Positions 16,747 through 26,180 of a stretch of DNA of 64,000 bases are shown here, in pieces (the first letter of the stretch is position 1; each line of letters begins with the position of its first letter). The position numbers were made by a program, and so were the translations under genes. Origin of the DNA: an uncultured Alphaproteobacteria bacterium (lineage in GTDB: Bacteria; Pseudomonadota; Alphaproteobacteria; Sphingomonadales; Sphingomonadaceae). Location of the stretch: assembly GCA_963789155.1 (NCBI GenBank), contig CAWBJN010000019.1, positions 70,199 to 134,198 on the forward strand. The letters run 5' to 3'. The notes beneath the pieces were generated by a model. The model searched no databases. It saw nothing but the letters and a program-made list of their open reading frames with translations, and was not told the origin of the DNA.

Positions 16747-17695
16747 ATGCAGCCTATGGCCACTCTTGCTGATCCCCAAATCGATTATTCTCAGCTGCCC
16801 GATCTGGCAGACGATGTTTATACCGCACCGCTTACCAAACCTGCGCATCTTGGCCCGGATTGGCTGGAACCTGCGCAGACGCAATATTCGAGCGAAGATC
16901 ACGCGGTTTGGAACGACCTGTTCGCGCGGCAAATGGACGTCTTACCCGGACGCGCGGCGACCGCATTCCTCGCTGGTCTTGATAAGCTGGACCTGTCACG
17001 CGGCGGCATTCCAGAATTCGGGGCAATGTCGCAGGAGTTAAACAGCCTCACAGGCTGGACCGTTGTGCCGGTGCCGATGCTGATCCCGGATCACGTGTTC
17101 TTCTGGCACCTTGCCAACAGACGTTTTCCCGCAGGCAATTTCATCCGCACGCGCGAAACATTCGACTACATTCAAGAGCCAGATGTTTTTCATGACGTCT
17201 TTGGCCATGTCCCGATGCTCACTGACCCGGTGTATGCCGACTATATGCAGGAATACGGCCGCGCGGGTTGGAAAGCGATGCGCTATAACCGGCTCAAAGC
17301 CTTAGGCGCGCTCTATTGGTACACGGTCGAATTTGGCCTGATCGAAGAGGCCCAAGGCATCCGCGCCTATGGTGCGGGTATTCTGTCCGGGCCGACAGAG
17401 GCGCGATTTGCAGTGGAGGCGAAAAGCCCCAATCGCATCATGCTCAATGTCGACCGGGTCATGCGCACAGATTACGTGATCAGCGATCTGCAACCGACAT
17501 ATTTCGTGATTCAGAGTTTTGAGGACTCTGTTCCGCAAGACTGTAGAGCGCGATTTCGACCGGCTCTACAAAAGTCTCGCGCCAAATTTCACCTATGCGA
17601 ATTCAGCGATAATTGATGTCGATAATGTCGTGGATCGCGGCACTCAGGAATATCATCTACGCGGCGGACGCGGCAGCGGGGCAGAGGCGGTTTAG
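16747..17695 (+). pseudogene. phhA: Phenylalanine 4-hydroxylase, C-terminus displaced by a frameshift near 17524-17528
   Basis: Contains EPDVFHDVFGHVPML and YWYTVEFGLI. Frame 1 ends ...FVIQSFEDSVPQDCRARF..*. The neighbouring frame reads LFRKTVERDFDRLYKSLAPNFTY..., matching the usual SFExLF...DF.xLY C-terminus, and stops at 17693-17695. Confidence 0.85.
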
Positions 17696-17702
17696 GGGCC
17701 TT

Positions 17703-17960
17703 TTAGGCGTCGACGCTGCGCTGCGTGATGGCGTGATAAGTAACCAAAACCGCCGCAGCAGCAGCGATCGCGGCACCCAATGCCAAGAGCGACAGACCGC
17801 CAAGCATACTTCCCGAATTCATGAGCAAACCGCCTATCAGACTTGCCGCGAGCCCTAGACCCATTTGCAGCAAAATATCACGCGCAGCGTCGGTGCGCGC
17901 GGCGATGGATGCAAACCATCCCGCACTCAGTCCTACGGTTATGAGCAAAAGCAATGCCAT
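17703..17960 (-). CDS. GlsB/YeaQ/YmgE (transglycosylase-associated) family small membrane protein
   Basis: MALLLLITVGLSAGWFASIAAR...GLGLAASLIGGLLMN...; three TM segments. An internal Met was chosen as the start. Confidence 0.7.
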   Translation of the reverse strand: MALLLLITVGLSAGWFASIAARTDAARDILLQMGLGLAASLIGGLLMNSGSMLGGLSLLALGAAIAAAAAVLVTYHAITQRSVDA

Positions 17961-18072
17961 GAAATCCAAAAATAAAACCTTCACGGTGCCGCTGCGTACC
18001 ATTCACAGCGCTTCAAATAACCAATGACTGAAGCACCCCGATGGTTCCGCCAATGGTTACCAAAGTGTTACC

Positions 18073-18930
18073 CTAAAACAGATAAAGCAGCGCGCAGCCC
18101 ATCGCGATCCGGTACAAGACAAACACCATCATCGATGCGCGCTTCAGGAAATTCATGAGGAATGCCATGGTCGCAAAAGCGGCGGCAAACGTCATTGCGC
18201 CGGTGATCAGCGCCTCTACGAGCAGCGCGCTATCCGCCTCCAGCAAGTCCGGCACGATCAGCACACCTGCGCCCGCGACCGCAGGGATCGAAAGCAAAAA
18301 CGAAAACCGCGCCGCTTCCACCCGGCCAAAACCCAGCACCCGCGCTGCGGTCATGGTCACACCCGATCGGCTGGTTCCAGGGATCAGCGCCAATGCCTGG
18401 GCCATGCCCACGATAAGTCCATCGCGCCATGTCATCTGCTCAAAGGTTTTTTCCTCCTTGCCGAAATAATCCGCAAGGCCGAGCAGGATGCCATAAAAAA
18501 TCAAATTGACCGCGATCAGATCGGTGATCCGCAAAGCATCCATCAACCCTTCTGCGCCAATTTCCAGCCCGAACTGGTTTTGAACGAAGGTATCGAGGAA
18601 ACCGAGCTTGATCGCAAAACCGAAAATCACGGCAGGGATCGTACCCAGCACGATCCACCAAAACAGCTTACGTTCGGCCTTGGCGCCGGGATTGTTCGCG
18701 CCGATCCCGACACTGGCGAAGCCGCCACGTGCAAGACCCATCACATCTTTAAAGAAATAGACGATGATCGCGAGGAGCGAGCCGACATGCACGGCGATAT
18801 CGATCATCGGTCCCTGATCTTCGAACCCTGTAAAAACAGAGATCAGGATCAGGTGTCCTGACGAGGATATCGGCAGGAATTCGGTGATCCCCTGGACCAC
18901 CGCAATGATGAGCATTTGAAGGAAAGTCAT
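18073..18930 (-). CDS. uppP: Undecaprenyl-diphosphate phosphatase
   Basis: QGITEFLPISSSGHLIL, PGTSRSGVTMTAA. Confidence 0.93.
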   Translation of the reverse strand: MTFLQMLIIAVVQGITEFLPISSSGHLILISVFTGFEDQGPMIDIAVHVGSLLAIIVYFFKDVMGLARGGFASVGIGANNPGAKAERKLFWWIVLGTIPAVIFGFAIKLGFLDTFVQNQFGLEIGAEGLMDALRITDLIAVNLIFYGILLGLADYFGKEEKTFEQMTWRDGLIVGMAQALALIPGTSRSGVTMTAARVLGFGRVEAARFSFLLSIPAVAGAGVLIVPDLLEADSALLVEALITGAMTFAAAFATMAFLMNFLKRASMMVFVLYRIAMGCALLYLF

Positions 18931-18973
18931 GGGCCCCGCTCCAAGCCGGATGCGGGGCCCATGTCAATATTTC

Positions 18974-21184
18974 TTACCAAATCCGAACGCGTTCCTCTGG
19001 CGGCAAATACAGCGCATCATCTTCGGTCACACCGAATGCATCATACCATGCGTCCAAATGGCGAACGGCGTTGTTGAGACGGAATTCGCCCGGAGGGTGG
19101 TTCGCCGTCATCACGCGGTTGCGCAGGCTTTCCTCGCGTTCCTTCGCGCGCCAGATTTGCGCAAAGCCGAGGAAGAAGCGTTGATCGCCGGTAAGCCCGT
19201 CAATCACCTCAGCCTCTTCACCGTTTAGCGACAAGCGATACGCGCGGTATGCCATTTGCAGGCCGACCACATCGCCAAGCGTTTCGCCCATAGACTGTCC
19301 GCCGCGCAAGCAAACCGGACCTTCGGGGCTTTCAACGGGGCAATACGCTTCGATAAAGCCCGCCATTTGATCGGTGAATTTCACGAAACCTTCGCGGTCT
19401 TCATCCTGCCACCAGTTGCGCAAAGTTCCGGTCGCATCAAACTGCGAACCTTGGTCATCGTAACCGTGGCCGATTTCATGCCCGATCACTGCGCCAATGC
19501 CGCCATAATTGACCGCTGAATCTGCACCGCCGTTAAAAAACGGTGGCTGCAGAATAGCCGCCGGGAAAACGATGCGATTGGTGAGCGGCGAATAATATGC
19601 GTTCACCGTCTGCGGGAACATTCCCCACTCGCTTGGATCAACTTCGGTGCCAAGCCTCGAAAGCTGGTCTGCGGTGTTCCAGCGGACCGTGGACATGCGA
19701 TTGGCAAGCGGATCGTTGGCAGAAATATCCAGCCCATCATAAGTTTTGAACTCGCCCGGATATCCAATCATTGGCACAAAGCCATTCAGCTTCGCCCGCG
19801 CTTCCGCGATGGTTTCAGGCGACATCCACGTATTGTTGTCGAGCGCTTCATTCATCGAACGGGTCAGGTTGGCGACCAGTTCGTCCATTTGCGCCTTGCT
19901 CTCTGGCGGGAAATACTGGTCGACATAAAGCGCGCCGAGCTGCTCTCCGATTGACCCTTCGACAGCGCGAATCGCACGCTTCCAGCGATCTTGCTGCTCT
20001 TCTTGGCCGCCAATTGTCTTACCGTAGAAATCGAAATTGGCATCATCCAGATCGCTGGAAAGCACCGCCGCATTCCCTGAAAGGAAGCGGACCGCCATAT
20101 AGGCTTTGATCGTCGCAAGCGGCGTATCCGTGACAAGCTGCATCATTGCCGGCAAACCGCCGCCAATCATGTCGAGTTGAGCCTGAGAGAGGCCCATGTC
20201 GGCGATTTCTTCATCGGTAGGTGGCAATTGCCGCGCGAGATAGCGGGTTTGACCAGCCAGCTGCGATGCATCCAGCAAGGTCGCAATCGGGAAATCACCC
20301 GCCATCGCGGTCAGCTCATCCGGGGTTAGTTCATTGTATGTGAGCGTCGGCATCCGCAGAACGGGGCGTGCCCATTCAAGCTCAGCGACTTGGCGCTCAA
20401 ACGCGTAAACAGCGTTGGCGGCGCCCGCCGCATCAGCATATCCCGCCATGCCGAGAACCGTGCTGAGATATTCAATATAGGCCGCGCGGATTTCCAGATT
20501 GCTCTCGGAATCGACGAGGTAATAATCACGATCGGGCAGCCCCATACCGCTGAACCCGATGCTGACGGCATATTGTGTTGGATTGCGGGCATCAATGGAA
20601 ACGTTCGCGCTAACCAGCGATGGATAACCCGGCTCACCAAACAGACCAACAAGTGCCTCAAGATCAGCCGCGCCATAAATTTCGTTCAAATAGGGCTGTG
20701 CCGGGGCAAGACCGCTGGCATCAATCGCTTCGATATCCAAAAAGGCATTGTAGGCATCAACAATCCGCCGCGCCTGTGTGCCCGGTGCCGGATTGGAAGC
20801 AGCCAGAGTTTCCACCAGCGTCCGAACGTTCTGCGTTGCCCCCTCGCTCAGCATATCGAATGCACCGAAGCTCTGGCGGTCAGCCGGAATCTCGTTCGCG
20901 GCAATCCACTTTCCGTTGACATAGGCATTGAAGTCATCGCCCGGGTCGACGTTTTGATCAATCAGGCCAATTCCCACGCCCCAAGTGCCGTAATCCATCG
21001 AAGGAAGGCTGGTCTCCTGCTCTGCGCCCGAGTCATCGTGGGCTTCATGCAGAACGATAATTTCGCCCGGAAGACCAAGATTATCCTTGGCGGCTTCATT
21101 GGCCATCGCGGCGCTGGCCATTGCAACACTGGACAAAGCAAGCGCGGCAGTCCCGGCGAGCAGGTATTTAGTAGTGCGGATCAT
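18974..21184 (-). CDS. M13-family zinc metallopeptidase (PepO / endothelin-converting-enzyme-like)
   Basis: Signal peptide, VNAYYSP, GAVIGHEIGHGYDDQG (HExxH), and a GEFRLNNAVRHLDAW tail. Confidence 0.9.
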   Translation of the reverse strand: MIRTTKYLLAGTAALALSSVAMASAAMANEAAKDNLGLPGEIIVLHEAHDDSGAEQETSLPSMDYGTWGVGIGLIDQNVDPGDDFNAYVNGKWIAANEIPADRQSFGAFDMLSEGATQNVRTLVETLAASNPAPGTQARRIVDAYNAFLDIEAIDASGLAPAQPYLNEIYGAADLEALVGLFGEPGYPSLVSANVSIDARNPTQYAVSIGFSGMGLPDRDYYLVDSESNLEIRAAYIEYLSTVLGMAGYADAAGAANAVYAFERQVAELEWARPVLRMPTLTYNELTPDELTAMAGDFPIATLLDASQLAGQTRYLARQLPPTDEEIADMGLSQAQLDMIGGGLPAMMQLVTDTPLATIKAYMAVRFLSGNAAVLSSDLDDANFDFYGKTIGGQEEQQDRWKRAIRAVEGSIGEQLGALYVDQYFPPESKAQMDELVANLTRSMNEALDNNTWMSPETIAEARAKLNGFVPMIGYPGEFKTYDGLDISANDPLANRMSTVRWNTADQLSRLGTEVDPSEWGMFPQTVNAYYSPLTNRIVFPAAILQPPFFNGGADSAVNYGGIGAVIGHEIGHGYDDQGSQFDATGTLRNWWQDEDREGFVKFTDQMAGFIEAYCPVESPEGPVCLRGGQSMGETLGDVVGLQMAYRAYRLSLNGEEAEVIDGLTGDQRFFLGFAQIWRAKEREESLRNRVMTANHPPGEFRLNNAVRHLDAWYDAFGVTEDDALYLPPEERVRIW

Positions 21185-21313
21185 GTGCGAGTCCCATTTG
21201 TTTCAAATTCGTAATGTTGGCTTAGCCTGTTCGTCAGCGCAAGGTTGTCGCTCGTCGCGTTTCAGAAGCGTTTCGTCGAAACTTGCCCGTTTGGTCAGGC
21301 CAAAGCGACCCGA

Positions 21314-23186
21314 TCAAGCCGCTTCGTTCGCGGCAAATTGCAGCGACGCCAGCCGCGCATAAAGCCCGCCCGCCGCGCTCAGTTCCAAATGCGTGCCTTG
21401 CTCAACTATTTCACCGCCATCCAGAACAACGATACGGTCCGCTGCGCGCACTGTGGCAAGACGATGCGCGATCACGAGAGTGGTGCGCTCTTTCATCAAC
21501 ACATCGAGCGCTTGCTGCACCAATTGTTCGCTTTCCGCATCAAGCGCGCTGGTCGCTTCGTCCAGCAACAAAATTGGCGCATCTCTTAGTAGCGCGCGAG
21601 CGATGGCGACCCGCTGTTGCTGACCGCCGGACAATTGCGTGCCGCCTTCACCCAGATAGGTATCGAGACCTTTGGGCAGTTCGCGCAGAAACTTCTCCGC
21701 ATTTGCCGCACGCGCTGCGTCCCAGATTTGCTCATCGCTGGCATCCCACATCCCGTAACGCAAATTGTCGCGGGCATTCGCGCTAAACAGCACACCATCT
21801 TGCGGCACCAGCGCAAGCCGCGCGCGGATTTCCGAAGGGTCAGCCTTGGTCAGCGGCACACCATCGAGGCGGATTGTCCCGACCTGCGGGTCGTAAAACC
21901 GCTCAACCAACTGAAACAGCGTCGATTTACCAGCGCCAGACGGGCCAACAATCGCCACCGTTTCCCCCGGCTGGATCTTCAAGGTTGAAATCCTTCAGCG
22001 CAGGCGTTTCGGGCCGAGCGGGATAGCGGAACGTAACATTGCGGAACGACAGGCTGCCACGAGGGGGTGTAGGCAAGCTCTCAGGACGAGCGGGCGCTGC
22101 GATAGCGGGTTTTGCCTCTAGCAATTCAGCAAGCCGGCTGGCCGCACCGGCGCCGCGCAACAAATCGCCATACACTTCGGTAAGCGACCCCATCGCACCG
22201 GCAACCAGGCCGCCCGTCAGCACGAATGCGGCAATCGTACCGCCGGACATTGTCCCTTCGGAAACCGCCAGCGCACCGCGCCACATCACCATGGTTATGC
22301 CGCCAAAGACCAGCACGATCACAATCGATGTCATCGCCGCGCGCAAAATGATGCGCTTACGAGCGGTGTCGAAGGTGCGCTCTACCACGTCCCCAAATCG
22401 GCCTGCTTCGCGCACCTCTTGGCCAAAGCTCTGAACGATCTTCATCGCTGACAGCACTTCGCTGATATACGCCCCCACATCGGCCACGCGGTCTTGGCTG
22501 GAACGTGAGATCGCGCGGATTTTCCGCCCAAAAAACACGATAGGCAATATCACCAGCGGGATCCCGATCAGCAGACCCAAGGTCAGCGTCGGCGCGAGGT
22601 AAAGCAGCAAGGCAATACCGCCGATGCCCGTCAAAGTGTTGCGCAATGCGACCGAGACCGTTGTTCCAACCACCGTTTCGATGATTGCGGTGTCTGACGT
22701 CATCCGGCTGGAGATTTCTTTCGGGCTGTTTTCTTCATAAAAGCCCGGCGACATGCGCAGCAGATTTTGCTGCACCCGCAACCGAATATCGGCCACCACC
22801 CGTTCACCCATCCAGCTGACGAAATAAAACCGCGCTGCGGTGCCAAAGCCAAGAATAACCACGATCATCAGCAGATATTGAAACGCCTGCCCAATCGCCT
22901 CTGGGCCAGCGGTCCCGCCAAATGCTTCATCAATAATGACCTTGAACCGCCATGGAATGGCCAAGGTGGCACCGGCAGTCACCAACAGCGAAAGCAGAGC
23001 GAAACCGATCTGAGAGGGGTATTTGCCTGCCTCACGGTAAACCATGCGCAGCGGTGCGAGGGAGCGCGGCTTTTTTGGCGCAGGCACCTCTTCAGCAGCC
23101 TCGACCTCTACGGCTTCGGCTTCGTTTGCGGCGCTTTCGTGCTCGGTCAGGCTGATTTTGGTGGGTTCCCCGTCCATATCCGCCAT
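21314..23186 (-). pseudogene. ABC exporter, fused permease/ATPase (MsbA/ABCB-like), frameshift near 21978-21982
   Basis: The TMD fragment (21927..23186) ends ...[18 protein letters not shown]. The NBD fragment (21314..21982) begins [20 protein letters not shown] and carries [14 protein letters not shown] and [12 protein letters not shown]. Confidence 0.88.
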
Positions 23187-23261
23187 GATCTAGCGACGAC
23201 GCGCGCAAATTTCACGTGCAAAAAGCACATTGTTATGACCCAAGCCGGGATCAGTACCAAA

Positions 23262-23278
23262 ATTGTGCATTGCACAAT
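23262..23278. promoter_or_regulatory. Perfect 17-bp palindrome in the divergent ABC/phaZ promoter region (candidate operator)
   Basis: The palindrome is attgtgca-t-tgcacaat. A related gtgc-aaaaa-gcac element lies at 23216-23228. Confidence 0.35.
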
Positions 23279-23369
23279 AGCGCCGCAAGCCTCATTAAAG
23301 CGGTAATGAACACCCGGTGCGAAACGAATACACCGGTAGCAGCGGCAGGCCCGCGATTAGGAATTAGCA

Positions 23370-24618
23370 ATGCTTTACCACGCCCACGAGATACAGCGCA
23401 GCTGGATGAACAGCGTCAGCTCATTCGCGTCAATCAGCGCGTCGATGATGACCAACGCCGCCAATCCTTTCGCCAAGATGGGTATCATGCCGATGGCTGC
23501 GAACGCTTTGCAAGTGTTCGCCCACGCAACCGCGCCTTACTCAAAACCCGCATTCGGCATCACGGAAATCGAAAGCGGCGGCACGCTCTATCCGGTTATC
23601 GAAGCGACTGTGATCAATCGCCCGTTCGGTGATCTTAAACGTTTCCGCCTCGACGGCGTGGATGATGCGGATCACACAACGCGTCCCAAAATGCTGATCG
23701 TTGCCCCGATGAGCGGCCATTACGCGACATTGCTGCGCGGTACGGTGGAACGGATGCTGCAAAGCTATGAAGTGTACATCACCGATTGGGCTGATGCGGC
23801 GACTGTGCCCGTGCACGAAGGCGATTTCGACCTCGACACTTACATCGATTATCTGATGGATTTCCTCGGCTATATCGAGGAACAGAACCCCGGTACGCGC
23901 CCGCACATGCTGGCCGTGTGCCAGCCATCGGTTCCCGCTTATGCGGCGACTGCGCTGCTTAACCAGCACAAGTCCCCCGCTGCGCCCGCCACGCTCACCA
24001 TGATGGGCGGGCCTATCGACACGCGCGAAAGCCCGACGTCCGTAAATGATCACGCGATGAAACGCCCGATCGAATGGTTCCGCCAGAGTGTCATCACCAC
24101 CGTACCTGCGCATTACCGCGGTGCGGGGCGCAAGGTCTATCCCGGCTTTATGCAGCTTTCGGCCTTTATGAGCATGAACCTGCAAAGCCACATGATGAGC
24201 CATTATGAGATGTACAAACATCTGACCGCAGGCGACGACGCCAGCGCGCAGGCGACCAAGGATTTCTACACCGAATATCGCGCGGTGTGCGACATGACAG
24301 CAGAATTTTACCTGCAAACGGTCGAAGAAGTGTTCCAGAAACACTCGATTCCCAACGGCACGTTTGAACATCGCGGCGAGATCGTCGATCTGACGCAGAT
24401 CACCAACACCGCCCTGCTCGCCATCGAAGGCGAACGCGACGATATTTCAGGGCTTGGTCAGACAAAGGCAGCGCTTGAAGCTGGCGACCGGTCTGTCTGA
24501 GGACAAGAAGCGCTACTACATGGCCGAAGGCGCCGGGCATTACGGCATCTTCAACGGCAGCCGCTGGCGGGATAAGGTTGCGCCTGTGGTGGAGGAATTT
24601 GTGGCGGCGCATAGTTGA
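23370..24618 (+). pseudogene. phaZ: Intracellular polyhydroxyalkanoate depolymerase (PhaZ), C-terminal frameshift at 24475-24476
   Basis: MLYHAHEIQRSWMN... is typical of PhaZ. Frame 1 ends ...GQTKAALEAGDRSV*. The neighbouring frame continues LKLATGLSEDKKRYYMAEGAGHYGIFNGSRWRDKVAPVVEEFVAAHS* and stops at 24616-24618. Confidence 0.85.
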
Positions 24619-24619
24619 T

Positions 24620-24716
24620 TTGCGCACCCCATCCGGGGTGCGGTTTCCTCGCTCACACGGCCTGAAGGCCGCGTCGCTGCGGGCGGGCGGTCGCCCTTGC
24701 GGTCACTGCGTGACCG
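24620..24716. repeat. GC-rich intergenic repeat, copy B (REP-like family), includes the phaZ terminator hairpin
   Basis: Hairpins gcacccc/ggggtgc (24624-24641) and ggtcac-tgc-gtgacc. It shares an identical 22-mer, cgggcgggcggtcgcccttgcg (24680-24701), with 25964-25985. Confidence 0.65.
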
Positions 24717-24726
24717 TTTTGCATCG

Positions 24727-25278
24727 CTAATCGGCTAAGTCGGGCACCAAATGTGCGCGTAACAAATCTGGACAGAGGAATTCGGACTGGAAAAGGCCGT
24801 TGTGCCATCTCTCAGGTCTGACCTTGGTGCGTTCGGGGCGTTTCTGCGCGGTACCCATACGCAGTATTGGGTAAATCATCGAACTTTCTGCGAAATATGC
24901 TGCTCGTTTTAGCAACCCCCGTGCCTCATCGAAGGTCATTGCCTCAAGCTCTGAAATCCCTCCGATCATCACTTTAATCTTTTCTACATCGTCTGGCTCA
25001 TCGCAATAATCTAGAAAGAACGCGTCCGCTTCTGCGAACCAATTCAATCGATTAAGCTCCTCGTTATTGATCTTACCAGCGATCCAGTCCTTTGCGCCCC
25101 TCAGTCCTTCCCTTAACCCTTCTTGCGGAATAAAATGCTGATGCTTCCAACAGCAAGCGATGAGAAATTCGTGTAAGTCACGGACGCTTTTCTGAAAATA
25201 TTTGGGCTGCTCAACATAAAGCGCCACCAGCATCTCAGTCGCACTGTCGCAGGTGGTCCATTCTTCGTTTGTCATCAA
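24727..25278 (-). CDS. Hypothetical protein (183 aa), compositionally foreign
   Basis: Clean ORF of about 45% GC (hand counts of 60-nt lines gave 37-52%) against about 60% in flanking DNA. I can name no family with confidence. The N-terminus W..C.....ML..L....(L..FLIACCW) resembles a helical domain of unknown function. Confidence 0.6.
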   Translation of the reverse strand: MMTNEEWTTCDSATEMLVALYVEQPKYFQKSVRDLHEFLIACCWKHQHFIPQEGLREGLRGAKDWIAGKINNEELNRLNWFAEADAFFLDYCDEPDDVEKIKVMIGGISELEAMTFDEARGLLKRAAYFAESSMIYPILRMGTAQKRPERTKVRPERWHNGLFQSEFLCPDLLRAHLVPDLAD

Positions 25279-25299
25279 TTTATCGGGCCTCTTTGCCCG

Positions 25300-25890
25300 C
25301 TATGTTTGGTTCCTAAAAAACAGCCGCTTCACGATCCGCTGCGCCATCCACAGCAGCCCGATCACGATCACCAACAGCACCGCCGCGACACCCGCCGCAA
25401 TCGTCGGATATTCGTAAGCCACATACAGCAGCCCAACCGTCGCCACATCCTCTGCGCTGGACACCAGAGCGTTGCTCACCGGCTCTGGCGAGGTGTTGAC
25501 CACGGCGCGCGCGCTTGCCTTTCCGCCATGCGCGAGGAAGCTTGCCCCGCCGCCCAGCAGAAATGCGATCACCTGCGTCGCGGGGTCTGACGGATCAACG
25601 ATGGCCAGCGCCAACAGCGCGCCGCCAACCGGGCGGATCAGCGTGTGCAGCGTGTCCCACACGGTATCGAGCCACATCACTTTATCGGCAAAGAACTCCG
25701 CCAACGCGCCCAATGCCGCAATGCCCATCACCCACGGGTTTTCGAGCACACCGAGGCTCGCCAAATGCTCCGGCACAGGCAGCGCATCCAGCCGCATCGC
25801 AAGTCCCGTGGCGAAGATGCACAAATACAGCCGCCAGCCCGCCAAAAGACTGACACTTCCCGCAATCCCGATGATCTCAATAATGGGCAT
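25300..25890 (-). CDS. DUF4126-family membrane protein
   Basis: Contains GWRLYLCIFATGLAMR...ENPWVMGIAALGALAEFFADKVMWLDTVWDTLHTLIRPVGGALLA and multiple TM segments. Confidence 0.78.
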   Translation of the reverse strand: MPIIEIIGIAGSVSLLAGWRLYLCIFATGLAMRLDALPVPEHLASLGVLENPWVMGIAALGALAEFFADKVMWLDTVWDTLHTLIRPVGGALLALAIVDPSDPATQVIAFLLGGGASFLAHGGKASARAVVNTSPEPVSNALVSSAEDVATVGLLYVAYEYPTIAAGVAAVLLVIVIGLLWMAQRIVKRLFFRNQT

Positions 25891-25950
25891 TTTTGTTTCG
25901 CCTCAAACGCCGGCGGATGCATTCGCATCCTTGGCTATCCCATTTTTTGG

Positions 25951-25985
25951 CCTCGCATAAGCTCGGGCGGGCGGTCGCCCTTGCG
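25951..25985. repeat. GC-rich intergenic repeat, partial copy C
   Basis: cctcgcataagctcgggcgggcggtcgcccttgcg contains the same 22-mer as copy B. The hairpin gaaccc-tttc-gggttc follows it. Confidence 0.6.
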
Positions 25986-26013
25986 AACCCTTTCGGGTTC
26001 GAAACATAGCTTT

Positions 26014-26055
26014 TCCGAAATGAGAAAGGCGGCGCAGGATTACTCCCGCGCCGCC
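26014..26055 (-). terminator. Intrinsic terminator downstream of the minus-strand thiolase
   Basis: ggcggcgc (26028-26035) pairs with gcgccgcc (26048-26055). On the minus strand the stem is followed by TTTCTCATTTCGG. Confidence 0.55.
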
Positions 26056-26180
26056 TTCGTCAAAACTATCCGGCTTGCGTTGCAACGAAGTCCTTGGGCT
26101 TCGCAAGGCCGACTGGCCGCCGGCCGGTTAGGCCGCCCCCACGGAGGTGGCGCGAAGCGCCTGTCGCAACTGCAAACAAA

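Noticed and set aside
24620-26180. REP-like copies B and C considered as terminal inverted repeats of a mobile element carrying the orphan and DUF4126 genes
   Set aside because: The shared 22-mer is in direct, not inverted, orientation. No transposase, integrase or target-site duplication is visible, and DUF4126 has native GC content.
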